DNA of 64,000 bases from positions 1-64,000 of the forward strand of contig JAZQAZ010000034.1 of the NCBI GenBank assembly GCA_045545475.1, written 5' to 3'. A program made the position numbers and the translations under genes. This document shows positions 58,477-64,000 of this stretch, in pieces; position 1 is the first letter of the stretch, and every line of letters begins with the position of its first letter. Under the pieces are notes generated by a model. The model did no database searches and was not told the origin of the DNA. It saw only the letters and a list, made by a program, of their open reading frames with translations. This stretch comes from Clostridia bacterium (GTDB taxonomy: Bacteria > Bacillota > Clostridia > CAKSNL01 > HGM11501).

Positions 58477-59391
58477 ATGAAAAAATTACTTGATAAAATA
58501 CTCAGAGAAACTTATGATTTAAGAAAAGAAGGAAAGGTTGCTTCCTATATCCCGGAACTAGCTAAGGCAAATATCGACAAAATGGGAATATGCATTGTCA
58601 ATGCAGAAGGTGAATATTTTGCCGGGGACTACGATGAAAAATTTACCATGCAGAGCGTGGTAAAACCTGTAATACTTCTTCTGGCTCTTATGGATAGAGG
58701 AATGGATGCCGTCCGTGCATTGGTGGGAGTTGAGGCGACGGGAAAGCCCTTTGATGCCTTTAATTACAGCGACCAGGCACTAAAGGAAGACCACATAAAT
58801 CCTATGATAAATACGGGTGCAATTGCTCTTTGTACATTGATTTCAGGAGAAAATTATGATGAAAAGTTTAACCGCCTTTTAAATCTTGCAAGAAAAATGG
58901 CGGATAATCCGAATCTTTCCCTTGATAAAAGCGTGTATCTTTCTGAGAAGGCGACCGGGAATAAAAACAGGGCACTTGCCTACATGCTTAAGGCTTACGG
59001 AATGATAGAAGATGATGTTGAAAGTGTGGTTGACTGTTATTTCAAGGCCTGCTCTGTTAAGGTGGACTCATCTGACCTTGCAAAAATTGCCTACGTCCTT
59101 TCAAATAAGGGAGTGAATCCTAAAACCGGCGAAAGGCTTTTCAATGAGGAATATGCAAGGTTTGTAAATGCTGTTTTAACAACGTCGGGTATGTACGATG
59201 GCTCCGGAGAATTTGCTATAAATGTGGGAATTCCGGCAAAAAGCGGTGTCGGCGGCGGAATTATGGGCGTTGTGCCGGGTAAAATGGGAATAGGAATATA
59301 TTCTCCGGCCCTTGATAAAAAAGGAAACAGTGTTGCAGGAGTAAAGGCGATGGAGGCCTTGAGCAGACATCTTGACTTAAGTATTTTCTGA
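58477..59391 (+). CDS. glsA: Glutaminase A
   Basis: GKVASYIPEL, QSVVK, NPMINTGA, GMYDGSG, PAKSGVGGG. Confidence 0.96.
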   Translation: MKKLLDKILRETYDLRKEGKVASYIPELAKANIDKMGICIVNAEGEYFAGDYDEKFTMQSVVKPVILLLALMDRGMDAVRALVGVEATGKPFDAFNYSDQALKEDHINPMINTGAIALCTLISGENYDEKFNRLLNLARKMADNPNLSLDKSVYLSEKATGNKNRALAYMLKAYGMIEDDVESVVDCYFKACSVKVDSSDLAKIAYVLSNKGVNPKTGERLFNEEYARFVNAVLTTSGMYDGSGEFAINVGIPAKSGVGGGIMGVVPGKMGIGIYSPALDKKGNSVAGVKAMEALSRHLDLSIF

Positions 59392-59447
59392 TATCTTGAC
59401 AAAAGGAATAATCCGTTATAAAATCAATGATTAAAGGAGGCGTTTTT

Positions 59448-61112
59448 ATGTTGCTTTCAGGTGCAGATATTATAGTAAAAACTTTAATAGAGCAAAATTG
59501 CGAAGTTGTTTTCGGCTACCCCGGAGGGCAGATATTGAACGTCTACGATTCGCTTTACAAATACAAAGATGAAATCCGCCATATCTTAACGGCTCACGAG
59601 CAGGGTGCCGCTCATGCGGCAGACGGTTATGCAAGAGCCACGGGCAAGGTTGGAGTTGTTATGGCAACAAGCGGCCCCGGTGCTACAAATCTTGTCACCG
59701 GAATTGCTACGGCTCATCTTGATTCCGTTCCTATGGTGGCGATTACAGGTAACGTAATATCAAGCCAGATAGGTAATGACAGCTTTCAGGAAATTGACAT
59801 AACAGGTATCACACTTCCTATTACAAAACACAACTATTTCGTTGACGATATTTCCGAGTTAGCGGATACTATCAGAGAGGCTTTTGCTCTTGCAAAAAGC
59901 GGAAGACCAGGCCCGGTCTTAGTTGACGTTCCGAAGGATGTACAGATGGCTTTTTATGAATATGAAAAAGAGGAGCCTGTAGAGCCTTACGAAGCTTTCC
60001 CCGCAAAGGAAATAAGGATAAAGGAAGCGGCAAAAACCATAAATAAAGCTAAAAAGCCTTTTATTTATTTCGGAGGAGGTCTTCTGTCATCGGGGGCAAA
60101 AGAGGAAATGCTTGCCTTGGCTGAAAAAATCGATGCCCCCATCGGTTGCTCTCTTATGGGGCTTTCGGTAATTCCTACGGATCACCCACGCTTTTTAGGA
60201 ATGCAGGGGATGCACGGTAATTTAGCCTCGACGCTTACCATGCATGCATCGGATTTAATTATTGCCCTCGGCGTCCGCTTTTCAGAACGTGTGGTTGGAA
60301 GAAGGAATAAGTTTTCTCCAGATGCAAAAATTGTGCATATTGATATTGACGGTGCGGAGTTATCAAAGATACTGTCAACAGAGCACGCCTTGAGGGGAGA
60401 TATAAAGGAAACGCTTACAAAGCTTATTCCTCTTATACGCACAAAGCATAATGAAGAATGGAATGATACGGTAGTAAAAAACAGAGAAAAAGCGGCGTCT
60501 CTTTCTGACAGCAGAGAGGGAATGACACCAAAGAACATACTCGGACTTTTAGGAGAATTTTTAAGTGAGGATACCCCGGTTGCAACGGATGTGGGACAGC
60601 ATCAGATGTGGTCGGCACAGTATCTCAAATTCAGAAAAGAACGGAAATTCCTAACCTCCGGGGGACTTGGTACAATGGGCTTTGGTTTAGGAGCGGCAAT
60701 CGGTGCATCTGTCGGAACAGACGAACGGAGTGTTTTAATAACAGGCGACGGAAGCTTCGGCATGAATTTAACTGAGCTTGCAACGGCGGTTAGTGAAAAA
60801 GTTCCTGTTGTGATAATTATAATGAATAACGGGGTACTGGGAATGGTCCGCCAGTGGCAGACTCTTTTCTTCGATAAGCACTATTCGGAGACGGAGCTTT
60901 TAAGAAAAACCGATTTCTGTGCTGTGGCAAAGGCTTTCGGTGCAACAGGCGAAAAGGCAGAAAATCTTTCGGAGCTTAAGGCGGCACTTGAAAAAGCCTT
61001 TAAGGAGGAAGGACCTTTCGTTATTGATTGCAAGGTTTGTAAAGACGAATTTGTTCTTCCCATGCTTCCACCGGGAGGCTCGGTTTCCGATATAATAACA
61101 GAAAAGGAGTAA
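59448..61112 (+). CDS. ilvB: Acetolactate synthase large subunit
   Basis: FGYPGG, HEQGAAHAADGYAR, SGGLGTMGFG, GDGSFGMN...NN, MVRQWQ. Confidence 0.95.
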   Translation: MLLSGADIIVKTLIEQNCEVVFGYPGGQILNVYDSLYKYKDEIRHILTAHEQGAAHAADGYARATGKVGVVMATSGPGATNLVTGIATAHLDSVPMVAITGNVISSQIGNDSFQEIDITGITLPITKHNYFVDDISELADTIREAFALAKSGRPGPVLVDVPKDVQMAFYEYEKEEPVEPYEAFPAKEIRIKEAAKTINKAKKPFIYFGGGLLSSGAKEEMLALAEKIDAPIGCSLMGLSVIPTDHPRFLGMQGMHGNLASTLTMHASDLIIALGVRFSERVVGRRNKFSPDAKIVHIDIDGAELSKILSTEHALRGDIKETLTKLIPLIRTKHNEEWNDTVVKNREKAASLSDSREGMTPKNILGLLGEFLSEDTPVATDVGQHQMWSAQYLKFRKERKFLTSGGLGTMGFGLGAAIGASVGTDERSVLITGDGSFGMNLTELATAVSEKVPVVIIIMNNGVLGMVRQWQTLFFDKHYSETELLRKTDFCAVAKAFGATGEKAENLSELKAALEKAFKEEGPFVIDCKVCKDEFVLPMLPPGGSVSDIITEKE

Positions 61113-61116
61113 TTTT

Positions 61117-61623
61117 ATGGAGAGATATACTCTTGCGGTACTGGTAAGAAACCGTTTCGGTGTTCTTAACAGAGTAACCAGCATGTTCAGAAGAAGAAGG
61201 TTTAATATAAGTGCCCTTACGGTTAGTGAAACGGAATCTGCGGATTTTTCACGAATTACTGTGGTTTTCGACGGGGATGACGACAACAAGGATCAGCTTA
61301 TCAATCAGCTTTACAAGCTTCCTGATGTGTCCTCAATTCGTGAGCTTAACAAGTCGGAGTCCGTAAGCTGTGAGCTTATGCTTATAAAGATGGAAAATAA
61401 TCCCGAAACAAGAGAGGATATATTAACGGCAGCTGATGCCTTCGGTGCAAAAACCGTTAACTATACAAAGGATGCCATTATGTTCCGTCTGACGGGAGAC
61501 AGCGTGAAAATTGATGAATTCATAAACCTTATGCGTGATTTCAACATTCTTGAAATCTGCCGAACCGGAAGCGTTTCCCTTGAAAAGGGCGCAACCACCA
61601 TAAGGAAGGTAACAAATTTATAA
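61117..61623 (+). CDS. ilvN: Acetolactate synthase small subunit
   Basis: ACT domain NRFGVLNRVTSMFRRRRFNI; EICRTG. Confidence 0.93.
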   Translation: MERYTLAVLVRNRFGVLNRVTSMFRRRRFNISALTVSETESADFSRITVVFDGDDDNKDQLINQLYKLPDVSSIRELNKSESVSCELMLIKMENNPETREDILTAADAFGAKTVNYTKDAIMFRLTGDSVKIDEFINLMRDFNILEICRTGSVSLEKGATTIRKVTNL

Positions 61624-61670
61624 GATAAAAAACCGTCGCATATGCGGTGTACTCATAAGGACAGTAATTT

Positions 61671-61710
61671 AAAAAGGCAGAAACAATTAAATTTGTTTCT
61701 GCCTTTTTTT
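61671..61710. terminator. Bidirectional terminator
   Basis: aaaaggcagaaacaa-ttaaat-ttgtttctgcctttt. Confidence 0.8.
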
Positions 61711-61723
61711 CTGCCTTTTTATT

Positions 61724-61747
61724 GTAGGGGCGATTCGCGAATCGCCC
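61724..61747 (+). repeat. GTAG-type REP sequence, second family
   Basis: GTAGGGGCGATTCGCGAATCGCCC perfect palindrome after GTAG. Confidence 0.75.
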
Positions 61748-61827
61748 ATTTTTAAGGTCTTAGGATTATCCTAAAATATTGGAAGATGCCATACATCTTC
61801 CCTGCTTGTTACAATGCCGGACATAAT

Positions 61828-62703
61828 TTATTTGTTCGAAATATATATTCCCGTTGTAATGAGCAAAAATGATATAATATATTGCATTTTAAATATATTC
61901 TCGCCTAAAATCAAAGCTCCAAATATACATGCAAACACCGGTTCTGCAAATTTTACGATAAATAGTTTTGAAAGCTCCCCGTTTTTCACCACGGAAAACC
62001 AGATGCAATAGCTGAAAATTGATGCAAAACATATGTAAACCATGACAAATGCAGATTTGCTAAAGGCAAAGTCCATCCCCCCGCCCAGGAGATTGCCTAT
62101 AATCAATAAAACTATACCGCCAAACAATTGTGATATTCCTGTTGATGTAATCGGTTTTACTGTTTGAAATACCTTTTTACTAATTACATTTGAAAAAACG
62201 GTGCAAAAAGACGCTGCAATAATTAGTGCATCGCCAATATTAAAACTTATTCCACCAAAATTTGCATTTATCGCAACAATACCCACAAATCCTATAAGTA
62301 CGCCAATCAGTTTTTTTGCAGTAAGCTTGTCTTCTTTAAAAAACATAGAGGAAAAGCAAACATAAAATAATACACCAACTTGTTTTAATATTGCAGTTTT
62401 AGAACTATCTGTGAGCTTCAATGCACTATATGTAAAGCTATAATGCAAGATTATTGCAAAAAGTCCTGATAAAAGAACAGGAACTAATGCATTTTTTGCA
62501 TCTTTAAAGGAAACCTTATCTGTAATAAAAGTATACAAGCATATAAGTGCACCGCATATAGTAAACCTAACTCCGGCGAAAAACAGAATATCTCCGGTTG
62601 TTACAATGTTGTATGCACCATAACCGAGCTTTACCATAGGAAAAAGCGTTCCCCAAAGGAGCATTACCAAAAGTGCATAAAGCATAGATTTATTTTTACT
62701 CAT
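61828..62703 (-). CDS. DMT/EamA family transporter
   Basis: About ten TM helices in two repeats; LLWG, FAEPVF...LILGE. Confidence 0.9.
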   Translation of the reverse strand: MSKNKSMLYALLVMLLWGTLFPMVKLGYGAYNIVTTGDILFFAGVRFTICGALICLYTFITDKVSFKDAKNALVPVLLSGLFAIILHYSFTYSALKLTDSSKTAILKQVGVLFYVCFSSMFFKEDKLTAKKLIGVLIGFVGIVAINANFGGISFNIGDALIIAASFCTVFSNVISKKVFQTVKPITSTGISQLFGGIVLLIIGNLLGGGMDFAFSKSAFVMVYICFASIFSYCIWFSVVKNGELSKLFIVKFAEPVFACIFGALILGENIFKMQYIISFLLITTGIYISNK

Positions 62704-63682
62704 TGCACACTCTCAAAACCACTTTGCCTATGTTTTCTCCTCTTTCTAAAATATCCAAAGCCTCGTTTGCCTCTTCCAAAGGCAGAACCTTATATATGGA
62801 TGGCTTCATTTCGCCTTTTTCAATTTTTGGCCATACTTTTTCTACAAGTTCAGCAAGAAGCAAAGCTTTTTCTTCGCTTGTGCGTTTTCTGAGCATGCTT
62901 CCAACAAGGTGAAGCCCTTTTGTAAGAAGAGGTCTTAACATAATATTTGTCTCTGTACCCGCAAGAGTTGAAATAACTACCCAATATCCGCCTTCTGCCA
63001 TATAAGGCAGGCTTTTACCAAGGGTTTCTCCGCACAGACAATCCATTGACATATTGACAGGAGTACCTTTTAATTCTTCTTGTTTTAAAAATTCCGAAAC
63101 ATCCTGCTTGGTGGAAATTATAACCACATCCGCACCAAGTGATACAATTTTTTCGGCAATTTCATCAGACAAAACGGAAGTAATAACTCTTGCGCCAAAA
63201 GCTTTTGCCATAGGAATTGCAACAGATGCAAGGCCACTGGCGCCGGCAGGAATAAAAGCGGTTTGCCCCACTTTAAGATGCCCCTCCCAAAATAAATTCA
63301 AATATGAAGTTGCATATGCTTCAGGCAAGGTCGCCGCTTCTTCAAAGGATAAATTTTTTGGCATTGGCATAACCATTCCTTCCGGGGCACAAACATACTG
63401 TGCATAACCGCCTCCGCCTAAAAGGGCACAAACAGAATCGCCGATTTTAAATCTTCCCTTTTGTTTTGCGGTCTCTCCCATAGCGTCAACAGTCCCTGAT
63501 ACTTCAAGACCGGGCCACTCGGGCCAACCCTTTGGAGACGGATATGTCCCCTTCTTTTGCAAAAGGTCAGCACGATTTATGCCAATCGCCTTGACTTTTA
63601 TACGTATTTCATCGTCACCTGCATTTGGTATTTCCGCGTCTGTCAATAACAGCTTTTCTTCTTTAACAGTCATTGCTTTCAT
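62696..63682 (-). CDS. NAD(P)H-quinone oxidoreductase (PIG3-like MDR family)
   Basis: GINRADLLQ, GLEVSG, GGGYAQY, AATLPE, NIGKVVL. Confidence 0.92.
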   Translation of the reverse strand: MKAMTVKEEKLLLTDAEIPNAGDDEIRIKVKAIGINRADLLQKKGTYPSPKGWPEWPGLEVSGTVDAMGETAKQKGRFKIGDSVCALLGGGGYAQYVCAPEGMVMPMPKNLSFEEAATLPEAYATSYLNLFWEGHLKVGQTAFIPAGASGLASVAIPMAKAFGARVITSVLSDEIAEKIVSLGADVVIISTKQDVSEFLKQEELKGTPVNMSMDCLCGETLGKSLPYMAEGGYWVVISTLAGTETNIMLRPLLTKGLHLVGSMLRKRTSEEKALLLAELVEKVWPKIEKGEMKPSIYKVLPLEEANEALDILERGENIGKVVLRVCNE

Positions 63683-63698
63683 ATCAATCAGTTCCTTT

Positions 63699-64000
63699 CT
63701 ATAATCTGTAAACCACTTCGCCGTCTGCAATAGTCAAGATGCATCTGTATCCGTATTTGCTTTCAATGTGATTTTTGGCTGCGTCTGTCAGGTCAAAGCC
63801 TTCATCGGTATAGTCAAATACTGCAAGGTCAGCACGTCTGCCAACCCTTAAATATCCCCATTCGTTTTCTTTATGGAGAGCTTTTGCAGGGGCACAAGTT
63901 ACTGCGCGGAAAATATTTTCTTCATTCATGCCAAGTGCTTTCGCTATGTTCATACACATAGTCATTCCGTATCTTCCGCCACGCTTATAGGCGCTGAATT
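63699..64000 (-). CDS. Amidohydrolase family protein, 3' part only (runs off the window)
   Basis: VTCAPAKAL...GYLRVGRRADLAVF...LTIADGEVVY; frame stays open to the window edge. Confidence 0.8.
   Translation of the reverse strand, partial: FSAYKRGGRYGMTMCMNIAKALGMNEENIFRAVTCAPAKALHKENEWGYLRVGRRADLAVFDYTDEGFDLTDAAKNHIESKYGYRCILTIADGEVVYRL

Noticed and set aside
59392-59447. T-box or attenuator leader for ilvBN
   Set aside because: Only 56 bp intergenic, occupied by a TTGACA-17-TAAAAT promoter and RBS

Overview
This window spans the replication origin of a low-GC Firmicute (Clostridia; gene style suggests an uncultured Oscillospirales/Monoglobales-like gut or rumen anaerobe, which is an inference). 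Left arm (minus strand): rpmH-rnpA-yidD-yidC-jag-mnmE-mnmG-rsmG-noc, two parS sites, parA-parB, an SLH protein and upp. Right arm (plus strand): dnaA-dnaN-recF-remB-gyrB-gyrA, tRNA-Met, tRNA-Glu, rpmB, then acpS-nnr-mazEF, spoIID-like-queA-tgt-yajC-secD-secF, galK, trmN6-rsmI, tRNA-Thr, glsA and ilvBN. Accessory content includes two AraC-linked Gfo/Idh/MocA catabolic loci, one of them carrying a glycyl-radical enzyme with an atypical GCNW active-site loop plus its activase. There is also a frameshifted REP-associated tyrosine transposase with REP copies inside its own ORF, a secreted protein with VGWY repeats, a lone 944-aa GAP1-N2-like membrane protein, and several families of structured intergenic repeats. 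Three insertions are bounded by exact duplications of the 3' end of a host gene (queA, an araC gene, tRNA-Thr). No CRISPR array, rRNA or prophage was seen. All product calls come from motif recognition by eye; no searches were run.
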